NCBI RefSeq assembly: GCF_009914755.1
Contig: NC_060935.1
DNA length: 64,000 nt
Reading direction: 5' to 3' (one strand)
From: the human T2T-CHM13v2.0 reference genome, Homo sapiens
Made by a program: the position numbers and the translations under genes
Shown: positions 29,041-40,710 of the stretch, one piece after another
How positions within the stretch are numbered: position 1 is the first letter of the stretch
Layout of the letters: every line of letters starts with the position of its first letter
Notes under the pieces: generated by a model
The model's database searches: none
Told to the model about the DNA's origin: nothing
What the model saw: only the letters and a program-made list of their open reading frames with translations

Positions 29041-29754
29041 GGGAGTGAGACCGGCCCTTCGGTTTGCACGGGAGCCGGGTGAGGCCTGTGACTACTGGCT
29101 TTCCTCCACTTCCCTGATAACCTGCATGACTCAGCAGAGGAAGCCATAATCCTCCTAGGTACACAACTCTGGTGACCCGAGAGTCTCACCCCCATTCTCC
29201 ACAGCAGCTGCAGCAAGACCCGCCCAAGACAACCTGAGCTCAGACACACCTAGCCCTGCCCCCACCTGATGCTCCTTCCCTACCCACCCTGGTAGCCGAA
29301 GGCAAAGGGCATATAATCCTGGGAGTCCTCACCCACTGCTGGTCCCTCTCCATACTACTACAGCTGATGCTTTCTGGAAAGTGCCACCTCCTGGCAGGAG
29401 GCCAACCAGCACAAAAATAGAGCATTAAACCACCAAAGCTAAGAACCCTCAAGGAGACCATTGCACCCTGTCCCCACCACCACCTCTACTGGAACAGGCA
29501 CTGGTATCCATGGCTGAGGGTCCCATAGAAGGTTCACATCGCAGGACTCTGTGCAGACAACCCCCAGTACCAGGTTAGACTTCCTAGGTGGCTAGACCCA
29601 GAAGAGAGACAACAACCACTGCAGTTTGGCCCACAGGAAGCCACATCCATAGGAAAAGAGGGAGAGTACTACATCAAGGGAACACCCCATAGGACAAAAT
29701 AATCTAAGCAACAGCTTTCAGCCCCAGACCTTCCGTCTGACAGAGTCTACCTAA

Positions 29755-30729
29755 ATGAGAAGGAACCAGAAAACCAACCCTGGTAATATGACAAAACAAG
29801 GCTCTTAACACCTCCTAAAAATCACACTAGTTCACCAGAACTGAATCCAAACCAAGAAGAAATCCCTGATTTACCCGAAAATGAATTCAGGAAGTTAGTT
29901 ATTAAGCTAATCAGGGAGGCACCAGAGAAAGGCAAAGCCCAATGCAAGGAAATCCAAAAAATGATACAAGAAATGAAGGGAGAAATATTCAAGGAAAAAG
30001 ATAGCTTAAAGAAAAAACAGTCAAAAATTCAGGAAACTTTAGACACACTTTTAGAAATGTGAAGTGCTCTAGAAAGTCTCAGCAACAGAACTGCACAATT
30101 AGAAGAAAGAAATTCAGAGCTCAAAGACAGGACTTCAAATTAACTCGATCAAACAGAGACAAAGAAAAAAGAATAAAAAAATGTGAACAAAGCCTCCAAG
30201 AAGTCTGGGATTATGTTAAATGACCAAACCTAAGAATAATTGGTGTTTCTGAGGAAGAAGAGAATTCTAAGAGTTTGGAAAACATATTTGGAGGAATAAT
30301 CAAGGAAAACTTCCCCAGCCTTGCTAGAGACCTAAACATCCAAATACAAGAAGCACAAAGAACACCTGGGAAATTCATCACAAAAAGATCTTTGCCCAGG
30401 CACATTGTCTTCAGGTTATCCAAAGTTAAGAGGAAGGAAAGAATTTTAAGAGCTGTGAGACAGAAGCACCAGGTAGCTAATAAAGAAAAACCTATCAGGC
30501 TAAGAGGAGATTTCTCAGCAGAAACCCTACAACCTAGAAGGGATTGGGGCCCTATCTTCAGCCTCCTCAAACAAAACAATTATCAGCCAAGATACAGCCT
30601 TTTTCAGACAAACAAATGCTGAGAGAATTCACCATTACCAAGCCACCACTACAAGAACTGCTGAAAAGAGCTCTAAATCTTGAAACAAATCCTAGAAATA
30701 CATCAAAACAGAACCTCTTTAAAGCATAA
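29755..30729 (+). pseudogene. L1 ORF1p remnant (stops, frameshifts, internal deletion near 30590)
   Basis: ATG 29755; fragments ENFPSLARDLNIQIQEAQRTP and REFTITKPPLQELLK; in-frame TGA near 30060. Confidence 0.85.
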
Positions 30730-30743
30730 ATCACACAGGACCT

Positions 30744-31790
30744 ATGAAACAAAAATACAAATTAAAAAGCAAAAACAAAAGACAAAAAAACCAAAGTACA
30801 CAGGCAATAAAGAGCACAATGAATACAACCGTATCTAACATTTCAACACTAACATTGAATGTAAATGGCCTAAATGCTCCACTTAAAAGATACAGAACCT
30901 CAGAATGGATAAGAACTCACCAGCCAACTACCTGCTGCCTTCAGGAGACTCACCTAACACATAAGGACTCACATAAACTTATAGTAAATGGGTGGAAAAA
31001 GGCATTTCATGCAAATGGAGGCCAAAAGAGAGCAGGGGTAGCTATTCTTATATCAGACAAAACAAACTTTAAAGCAACAGCAGTTAAAAGAGACAAAGAG
31101 AGACATTATGTAATGGTAAAAGGCCTTGTCCAACAGGAAAATATCACAATCCTAAATATATATGCACCTAACACTGGAGCTTCCAAATTTATGAAACAAT
31201 TACTAATAGACTTAAGAAATGAGATAGACAGCAACACAATAATAGTGGGGGACTTCAATACTCCACTGACAGTACTAGACAGGTCATCAAGAGAGAAAGT
31301 CAACAAAGAAACAATGGATTTAAACTATACCTTGGAACAAATGGACTTAACAGATATATACAGAGCATTTCACCCAACAACCACAGAATACACATTCTAT
31401 TCAACAGTGCATGGAACTTTCTCCAAGATAGACCATATGATAGGCCATAAAAAGAGCCTCAATACATCTAAGAAAATTGAAATTACATCAAGCACTCTCT
31501 CAGACCACAGTGGAATGAAACTGGAAATCAACACCAAAAGGAACCTTCAAAACCATGCAAATACATGGAAATTAAATAACCTGCTCCTGAATGAGCATTG
31601 GGTTAAAAATAAAATCAAGATGGAAATTAAAAAGTTCTTTGAACTGAATGACAATAATGACACAAACTACCCAAACCTCTGGATTACAGCAAAGACAGTG
31701 CTAAGAGGAAAGTTCATAGCCCTAAATGCCTACATCAAAAAGACTGAAAGAGCACAAACTGACATTCTAAGGTCATACCTCATGAACTAG
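30744..31790 (+). pseudogene. L1 ORF2p N-terminal part: uninterrupted APE-type endonuclease domain (native Met 30819)
   Basis: Motifs [35 protein letters not shown] all in one frame. Confidence 0.9.
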
Positions 31791-34495
31791 AGAAACAAGA
31801 AAACACCAAACCCAAACCCAGCAGAAAAAAGGAAATAACCAAGATCAGAGCAGAACTAAATGAAACTGAAACAAACAAACAAACAAAAACCCACAAAAGA
31901 TAAGTGAAACAAAAAGCTGGTTCTTTGAAGAGAAAATAAAATTAATAGACCATTAGCAAGATTAACAACAAAAAAGAGAAAATCCAAATAATCTCACTAA
32001 GAATGAAACTGGATATATTACAACTGACATCACTAAAATACAAAAGATCATTCAAGGCTACTATGAACACCTTTATGCACATAAACTAGAAAACTTAGAA
32101 AAAAATGGGTAAATTCCTGGAAAATCAAACCCTCCTAGCTGAAATCAGGAAGAATTGGGTACCTTGAACAGACCAATAACAAGCAGCAAGATTGAAATGG
32201 TAATTAAAAAATAACCAACAGCAGAATTCTACCAATCATTCAAAGAAGAATTGGTATTGATACCAATCCTTTTGACACTATTCCACAAGATAGAGAAAGA
32301 AGGAACACTTCCTAATTCATTCTATAAAGCCAGTATCACCCTAATACCATAACCAGGAAAGGATATAACCAAAAAAGAAAACTACAGACTGATATCCTTG
32401 ATGAACGTACATGCTAAAATCCTTAACAAAATACTAGCTAACTGAATCCAACAACATATCAAAAAGATAATCTGCCATGATCAAGTGGGTTTCATACCAC
32501 GGATGCAGGGATGGTTTAACATACACAAGTCAATAAATGTGATACACGATATAAACAGAATTAAAAACAAAAGTCACATGATCATCTCAATAGATGCAGA
32601 AGAAGCATTCAACAAAATCCAGCATCACTTTATGATTAAAATTCCCAGCAAAATAGGCATACAAGGGACATTCCTTAATGTAATAAAAGCCATCTATGAC
32701 TAACCCACAGCCAACGTAACACTGAATGGGGAAAAGTTGAAAGCATTCCCTCTGAGAAGTTGAAAGCATTCCCGTTGAGAACTGGAACAAGACAAGCATG
32801 CCCACTCTCACCACTCCTCTTCAACATAGTACTGGAAGTCCTAGCCAGAGCAATCAGACAAGAGAAAGAAATAAAGGGCATCCAAATCAGTAAAGAGGAA
32901 GTCAAACTGCCACTGTTTGCTGATGATATGACCATTTACCTTAAAAACCCTAAAGACTTCTCCAGAAGGCTCCTAGGACTGATAAAATAATTCAGCAAAA
33001 TTTCCAGATACAAGATTAATGTACACAGATAAGTAGCTCTTCTATACACCAACAGCGACCAAGTGGAGAATCAAATCAAGAACTCAACCCATTTTACAAT
33101 AGCTGCAAAAAATAATAATAAAATACTTAGGAATATACCTAACCAAGGAATTGAAAGACCTCTACAAGGAAAACTACAAAACACCACTGAAAGAAATAAT
33201 AGACAACACAAACAAATGGAAACATGTTCCATGCTCATGGATGGATAGAATCAATATTGTGAAAATGACCATACTGTCAAAAGCAATTACAAATTCAATG
33301 CAATCCCTATCAAAATACCATGACCATTCTTCACAGAATTGGAAAAAACAATTCTAAAATTCATATGGAACCAAAAAAGGGGCTGCATAGCCAAAGCAAG
33401 ACTAAGCAAAAAGAACAAATCTGGAGGCATCACACTACCTGATTTCAAACTGTACTATAAGGCCATGGTCACCAAAACAGTGTGGTACTGGTATAAAAAT
33501 AGGCACATAGACCAATGAAACAGAATAAAGAACCCAGAAATAAACACAAATACTTACAGCCAACTGATCTTCGACAAAGCAAACAAAAACATAAAGTGGG
33601 GAAAGGTCACCCTTTTCAACAAATGATGCTGGGACAATTGGCTAGCCACATGTAGGAGAATGAAACTGGATTCTCACTTCTCACCTTCTAAAAAATCAAC
33701 TCAGGATGGATTAAGGACTTAAACCTAAGACCCAAAACTATAAAAATTCTAGAAGATAACATTAGAAAAACCCTTCTAGATATTGGCTTAGGCAAAGATT
33801 TCACGACCAAGAACCCAAAAGCAAATACAATAAAAACAAAGATAAACAACTGGGACCCAACTAAACTAAAGAGCTTTTGCATGGCAAAAGGAACAGTCAG
33901 CAGAGTAAACAGACAACCCACAGAGTAGGAGAAAATCTTCACAATCTATACATCTGACAAAGGACTAATATCCAGAATCTACAACAAACTCAAACAAATC
34001 AGTAAGAAAAAAAAAAAAACACAACAATCTCATCAAAAAGTGGGCCAAGGACATTACTAGACAATTCTCAAAAGAAGACATACAAATGGCCAACAAACAT
34101 ATGAAAAAATGCTCAACATCACTAATGATCAGGGAAATGCAAATCAAAACCACAAAGCAATACCACCTTACTCCTGAAATGGCCATAATAAAAAAATACA
34201 AAAGACAGTGGAGGTTGGCATGGATGTGGTGATCAGAGAACACTTCTACACTCCTGGTGGGAACACAAACTAGTACAGCCGCTGCAAAAAACAGTGTGGA
34301 GCTTTCTTAGAGAACTAAAAGTAGAACTACCATTTGATCCAGCAATCCCACTACTGGGTATCTACCCAGAGGAAAAGAATTCATTATTCGAAAAAGATAC
34401 TTGCACATGCATGTCTATAGCAGCACAATTCATAATTGCAAAATTGTGGAACCAACCCAAATGCCCATCAATCAACAAGTAGATAAAGAAACTGT
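31791..34495 (+). pseudogene. L1 ORF2p remainder (RT and C-terminal), disrupted
   Basis: [30 protein letters not shown] fragments in different frames; deletion near 32220, duplication near 32735. Confidence 0.88.
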
Positions 34496-34496
34496 G

Positions 34497-34583
<87 letters not shown>

Positions 34584-34677
34584 TATATATATATATACAC
34601 ACACATATATATATATACACACATATATATATACGTATATATGTATATATATACATATATATGTGTGTGTGTGTGTG

Positions 34678-34711
<34 letters not shown>

Positions 34712-34712
34712 T
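34497..34712. repeat. Compound (TA)n/(CA)n/(TG)n microsatellite in the L1PB 3' region
   Basis: Read directly; about 215 bp of alternating purine-pyrimidine. Confidence 0.95.
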
Positions 34713-35078
34713 ACAATGGAATACTGCTTAGCCATAAAAAGGAATGAATTAACAGCATTTGCAGTGACCTGGATGAGATTGGAGACTATTATTTTAAGTG
34801 AAGTAACTCAGGAATGGAAAACCAAATATCGTATGTTCTCACTGATATGTGGGAGCTAAGATATGAGGACGCAAAAGAATAAGAATGATACAATGGACTT
34901 TGAGGACTTGTGGGGAAGAGTGAGAGAGGGGCAAGGGATAAAAGACTACAAATATGGTTCAGTGTATGTATACTGCTTGGGTGATGGGTGCACCAAAATC
35001 TCACAAATCACCACTGAAGAACTTACTCAAGTAACCAAATACCACCTGTACCCCAATAACTTGTGGACAATTTTTTTA

Positions 35079-35234
35079 AATGACTGAAAAAATACCTAAA
35101 TGTTAATTAGGATGTAGAAAAATAGAAACTTTCATACATCACTAGTGGGGGTGTAAAATTATTCCAATGGTACCATAGAAAACTGTTTAGCAATTTATGA
35201 AAATATTAAATGTGTGTCTGCTATATTTAAAAAA
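35079..35234 (+). other. Putative L1 3' transduction (old L1M-like sequence, ATTAAA, A remnant)
   Basis: Lies between L1PB 3' end and the right TSD; ATTAAA 35205-35210, A-run from 35229. Confidence 0.7.
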
Positions 35235-35246
35235 GGTCTCTAGTTG

Positions 35247-35339
35247 CTCACCTTCATATTTTGTAACTATTTGCCATGTTATGGTGCAGTAGCAAACCAT
35301 CTATGGCACAGTGCATAGGCCCAACTTTGAGTAGCGCTG
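35247..35339 (-). mobile_element. MER119-like element, right part
   Basis: Continues the left part after the TSD; ends ggcccaactttgagtagcgctg (hAT TIR). Confidence 0.7.
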
Positions 35340-36549
35340 TGCTTAAGTACCTGGCTGTGCCTCTTAACCAAATGAAGCATGGCTCTACTGCAGTAAGACC
35401 TGCTCCCTCTCACTGGAATTTCTGGGTTTGAGCTGGTCACTGAGCTGTGTGTCCAGCTGCTGTAGACAGTGCAGCTCTCTCAGGGCTGAATGTCCCAGGC
35501 ATGTGGGACATTACCCCAGTACAGCAAGAGATGAATTTCCAGAGTCCAGAAAGGACTCTGATCGAAAACACCTGCTGTCCTGGGAAGTAGTACCATCTCT
35601 GGAAAGGGTCCAGTAAAAACCAGACAGGTCCTTAAACATAAAGGAAACAAGGGTAGCCCTGGCTTCCTTTCTGTCTTCCACAGACTCAAAAACAAAAATA
35701 CAGAAAAGGTACAGTAGCCTTGGGGTTTGACCACTATTAATTATGAGGGGCACGAAAATGGGAAGTGCTTCGGAAGCAACTGAGATGGTCTCTGGGGAGC
35801 AATTTGCCCACTCCCATGTGAGGCCAGTGAGCCACAGCTTAAGGATCACATGTGTCTGTTAGACTTGGGCAGCCCTCAGCCAGGACAGAGGCAGCAAGGC
35901 CCAGACCCAGCTCCCGACTCTAGCATTATTTCTCCACAGCTTGACAGGTGGGTGCCTGGGCAAGCATCTGCCCCCTCTTTTTCCTTCCCTTTTCTTGTCT
36001 TGTGCTCATTCTCCTCATGCATCCTCAATGGACGTCAAGTGTAAATAGAAGGCTCCGACTCCCAGGTCAGGCGGCTGTCAGGGGTTCCCTCCTTCTCTCT
36101 GAAATGCTCACTGTCCCTGCCAACTCTTTATTCTGTACCTGTCAGAGCTGGCTCCCTCCAATGTCTCTATGGACAGATTCCCTCCTCAGTGAAGAGTGTC
36201 AGTGACCCAAGAAGTCCCTGGAATCAGGCCGTCTCTCAGAGCAGAGACGGTTTCAGCTGGGGGTTTTTCCTCTCCCTTTCACCAGTCCAGCATTTAGCGT
36301 GAGGAACTATTTATGCATGAGGTGGGCCTGGGTGATAGTTATGGGGAAAGGGGTGCTGTGGAAGGATTCTACCAGATACAGGATGCCAGCGTCATCCCCA
36401 GTGCCACATCTTGCTACATTCCTACTATTATGGCCCCCATACTGGTCCAGACAGAGCAAGACCCTGGGAAGGTTGGGCATCAGGTAGAGTTGGCTTTTGA
36501 AGTCTCCCTCATGTCAAGTGGAGATGTCCAGCCAGTGTGTGAGGAGGGG

Positions 36550-36925
36550 TGATATGATTTGGCACTGTGTCCCAACCCAAATCTCATTTCCAATTGTAAT
36601 CCCCAAGTGTCAAGGGAGGGACCTGTGATCTCCGTGTGTTGAGGAAGGAAAGTGATTGGACCATGGCGGTGGTTTCCCCCAAGCTGTTCTCATGATAGTG
36701 AGTGTGTTCTCACAAGATCAATGGCTTTATAAGTGTTTGGAAGTTCCTTCTTCATGCTTCTTTCTCCTGCCACCTTGTGAAGAAGGTGCCTGCTTCTGCC
36801 ATGATTGCAAATTTTCTGAGGCCTCCCCAGCCATGCGGAACGGTGGGTCAATTAAAATTCTTTCCTTTACAATTACCCAGTCTCAGGTAGTATTCTTTAT
36901 AGCAGTGTGAGAATGGACTAATACA
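36550..36925 (+). mobile_element. THE1 (THE1D-like) solo LTR inserted in an L2
   Basis: tgatatgatttggcactgtgtcccaacccaaatctc...gaatggactaataca; TSD agggg/aggga. Confidence 0.88.
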
Positions 36926-37231
36926 AGGGAAGAGGCAGGTCATTTGTTGACACCATGGGAGTTGACACCATGGGAGTTGTGGTAGAGATTTCTGAGGCAG
37001 GCTGTGTGGATCTGAGGCGAGAGTCTGAGAGAACACCCAGTTAGCAAGAGGGAGTAGCAAGAATTTGGAAAGGAGGCTGGAGGGAGACCTTAGAGGAGTA
37101 GAGCGGAAACCAGGAGAATGTAGCACTTCATCAGGTCAGAGAGGAGAGGATCAACAGTGTTGTGTTGCCAGGAGATCAAGGAGGCTCAAGCCTGAGGAAG
37201 GGAGATGGTTGGTGATTAAGATAGATCCCGA

Positions 37232-37349
37232 GCAAGGTGGCCAGGCATGGCTGTGCACACTGCACACCCCCAGGGGGAGTCGTCTACACCCTCGTCTGTG
37301 GGATGGTGACCCCTGGAGTTGTGTAGTGTATAACTTGTGTGGCTACTGG
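37232..37349. mobile_element. MER91-like palindromic hAT-Tip100 MITE
   Basis: cactgcacacccccaggggg...cccctggagttgtgtagtg self-complementary layout. Confidence 0.65.
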
Positions 37350-37654
37350 AGACACCCTGCTCATGAGAATCTTATCAGCCTAGGGGTGAAGGAAGAAGCC
37401 CCATTATGAGCTGCTGAAGTGTGAGCAGGAGGCATGGTGGAGCTGGAGCAGTGAGGGTGATCTGTGAAAGGAGTTTAGATGTGAAGGAAAGAAAAAGATA
37501 TAGTGGCTGGAAAGCATATCTGCCTTGAGGGAAAACAACCTTATTTTACACTTGGAAATCTGAGCATGATTTAGCCAAAAGCAACAACAGCAACAACAGC
37601 AACCCCACTAAAGTAGGAGAGAGAACAGATAAGGGAGAGCGAAGGGAGAGAGGA

Positions 37655-38055
37655 ATCCATCCATTCAGAAAGCAGTCTTTATTGCCAGCCTCCTGAGTGT
37701 CTTCTCATCGTGTGCTGGAATGTAGCTGTGGAGACAAAACAGCTCCCGCCCTCACGAAGCTTATAGTTAGTGACCAGTGACACTATAGATAGGGAGTGAA
37801 GGGTGGGTGGGGCGGCGTTGGGTTTGTGGGGCAGGGCAGACTTCTCTGAGGAGGTGACCTTTGAGCTGAGACCTGGATGATGAGAAGGAGCGCACCCTGT
37901 GAAGACCATGGGGAGGAGCGTACCTGGCAGAGGCAGTGGCTGGTGCAGCAGTTCCCAAGGTCAGGCAGGAAGATCCCAGCCTGGCTGGGTCAGAGCTGCA
38001 GAAAGGGCTGGGTGGTGAGCCTGGGTCAGGCAGGGCCTCTCAGGCTATGGGAAGA
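37655..38055 (-). mobile_element. L2 fragment
   Basis: cttctctgaggaggtgacctttgagctgagacctggatga. Confidence 0.7.
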
Positions 38056-38056
38056 T

Positions 38057-38139
38057 GTTTCCATGAGAGTACCGTGACATGTACTCCTCTCTTATGGAGG
38101 AGAGGTCACCTACACATGTCACTGTACTCTCATGGAAAC
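38057..38139. repeat. Inverted repeat, 26-bp arms with 1 mismatch, 31-nt spacer
   Basis: gtttccatgagagtac-c-gtgacatgt versus acatgtcac-t-gtactctcatggaaac. Confidence 0.92.
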
Positions 38140-39169
38140 CGGAACCTATTGGCTTGGGATCCTCTTGAGATCTGGGATAATCTCATGGCCTGGGATTCTC
38201 TTGAGGGTCTCAGTCACCTCCCTATCCTGGCATAGAGTGAAATAACTGAGGCTTGAATGAAAGTCTTCCTCCAAGTCAGCCATCAGAAACATGCCTTATC
38301 TGAGTCAGGAAGAGTTTAAATTCATGGCTTCGTAGGAAGGTCTCTGAGTCAGGCCCAAGCTCAGGGCGTTTCTACAGGCCCTTACACATGCTATGTATGT
38401 GGGGACAGGGGTGGACTGAGGCATTTCAGTAGTCCTGAGTCACCTCACCCACATAGACACCAGCTGCACTAAACTTTCCAGGTTGATGAGGTTAACTCTG
38501 AAGCCCTCCTGCCATTATTTCTGGATCCCTGAATTTCCCTGCAGTGTTCTTTCTCTATCCACACTGTTCGCCTGCTACATCTTGCTGCTCAAGCTTCTTC
38601 TTGGTGTACCCCCTTAGCTCAGCTTAAAAATTACATCCCTTATTTTTTAGCCATTCTCTCATCCTCATACAAATTTCTATCTCCTTAATGCAGACATTAG
38701 CAAGAAAGCAATCTAATTGAAAAAATTCATGCTAAGGTGTTGGTATCACCATCACACTCATGGGGGTATTTGATTGTTGAAAAAAGAAAGATATGTGCCC
38801 AGATTACAGCATTTACTCAATGCATTGAGGACACACATGTTTGCCAAGGGATGGGCGTTAGAAAGATAAGAGAAAGGTTTAGGAATGGTAAGCCTTCCCA
38901 AATCTCCTAAAACCTTGTGCCTAAGGCTAACTTTGTTTCCAGATCCCAAAAGACAGAAAAGACAGTCCTCCACATTTGCAAGCCAAGATCAAGGTAGCTT
39001 GATGGTCTGAGGACAGGATAGTTACAAAGCACAGTTAGATTCTTAAGGTGCCTGCGTGCCTACCATTGGGTCAGCCCCAATCTGAAACCAGCTTCTCCGA
39101 TTGGGGTTAAAATAACACCAAAACAAAACAAAGCAAAACAAAAAAACAAAAAAATAAACAAGGATGAAG

Positions 39170-39360
39170 CAACATATGTTGGAAACCTACGTGTATGTTA
39201 TTTTATTTACTCTTCATCACAATCCCATGATCAGATTGTATATTGTCCCATTTTCCAGATGAAACTGAGGCTCAGAAATATTTAGTGATTTTCCCAGGGT
39301 CATGCAAATATGCTTAAAGCACTGGGATTCAAACCAGGCCTGTCTGACTCCAAAGCTCCA
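39170..39360 (-). mobile_element. MIR SINE
   Basis: cccattttccagatgaaactgaggctcaga...ctgggattcaaaccaggcctgtctgactccaaagc. Confidence 0.75.
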
Positions 39361-40187
39361 TTCCTCCTCCTGTGCCTCAGGGTTAAAACTCTATCCTAAG
39401 GCGGTGGCAGCAGTCCCGGCCAGGGCATTCTGAGAGCCACTTGCAGCTCTTCCATTTACCAGGTTGAGATTTACTTCCTGTCTCTGGGCTTCAATTTTCT
39501 CATCTAGAAAACTGGGAGACAGACGAAGTTCTTTGAGGTTCCCTTGCAGGCCTAAGCATCACCGTGTTGGGTGATTCTTCCTTTGATAAGTCAGTGTACA
39601 GCTCATTTGATGTGCAAATGTCAAAATGTCAGCAGTGCCATGAGCCCTTGAGCATTCGGCTCCTTAGAGAGAAGCCTCTTGAAGGGCGGCAGGAGGTGGG
39701 CCACCTTGGACCGGCAAGTCCACAGAGGCCTGGAGAGATGTGGTGCACAGGAGAGATGTAGATCCTCCAGCTAACCCTGGGATTTCCCGGGGAATGGGCT
39801 TTTGTGTACCTCCTTGTGGACAGGGCCTGAGCCCATGGCCCGATGATCACCTGAGTTTTTACAAGGTGGTTGAGAGTTTGGGTGTGTTTTTCCTCTCTCC
39901 TTTTGAAAACCAAGAGGTCAGCGTGAGTGTAATTCTGACACATGAAATCTGCTCCTTGTTTGGAAACACCCTTTTCAAATCCATCTTGAGATGGGATTAA
40001 GAGAACAGTTTTGGCTCGTTTTCAGGACTGTCATCTGTTGAACATCTCCCAGCTCATTTGAAGGAAGTGACAGAAGAGAGTGAGATTTCAAATCAGGGAA
40101 ATTGGCGACAGGCTCTGCTCAAATTGGCCTCCCCACCTCCAGCGTGCAGCCCGCAGAAAACAAAAGCTCCGGAGTAGGAAAGTGACA

Positions 40188-40206
40188 CAGCGCCACCTCC
40201 CGGTAG
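40188..40206 (-). promoter_or_regulatory. Candidate CTCF binding site
   Basis: Reverse strand ctaccgggaggtggcgctg fits the CTCF core CCNNNAGRKGGCRS; local GC/CpG enrichment. Confidence 0.55.
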
Positions 40207-40467
40207 CCTGGCCGGCCAAGGCCTCTGGCTTAAGCGGGCCTCTGGCCTGCCAAAATGCCTGGGGAGGGAAGAGCTGTGTCTCTGCACTCATAAGATGGGA
40301 ACAGGGGGGTTCTGGGAGCTCCAAACGTTTCAGTTCACAGTGTGTGCAGTCGTGTGTCTTGCGCATACACACATGCACATAGACAGCCAATTTGAACACC
40401 GAGGATTAACTTGTCTTAAAGGGGCAACTCTCTCGTCCATCTACTTTTAGGCAGATTTTAAAGACGA

Positions 40468-40710
40468 TCATAGTAGTTAGCATATGGACTTTGGAGCCTG
40501 GTTGCCTGGGTTCAAATCTCAGCTTGGCACTTAATAGCTGTGCAACCTTGGCCAACTTACTTAACCTCTCTGTGTCTGTTTCATCTCCTACAGAATAAGG
40601 ATAATAAGAGTATCAACCTCAGAGGATCACTGCAAGAATTGAGTGGGATACATATGACGTGCTTAGCACAGTTTGTGGCCCATGGTAAGTGCTCAGTATG
40701 TATTAGCTAT
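40468..40710 (+). mobile_element. MIR SINE
   Basis: gcctgggttcaaatctcagcttggcacttaatagctgtgcaaccttggccaacttacttaacctctctgtg. Confidence 0.85.

Larger units (their letters stand above)
29041..35078 (+). mobile_element. Near-full-length L1PB (L1PB1-like 3' end, L1PBa-type 5'UTR), probably truncated within the 5'UTR
   Basis: 5'UTR, ORF1, ORF2 (EN, RT FADD motif near 32915), 3'UTR ending ccacctgtaccccaataac; TSD 29027-29041 / 35232-35246. Confidence 0.95.

Noticed and set aside
34362-34859. Several YIYIY/THTH ORFs on both strands
   Set aside because: Stop-free frames created by the (TA)/(CA) microsatellite.
37232-37349. Long imperfect hairpin as a candidate novel ncRNA
   Set aside because: Explained by the intrinsic palindromy of a MER91-like MITE; the same applies to the MER3 dyad at 13392-13606.
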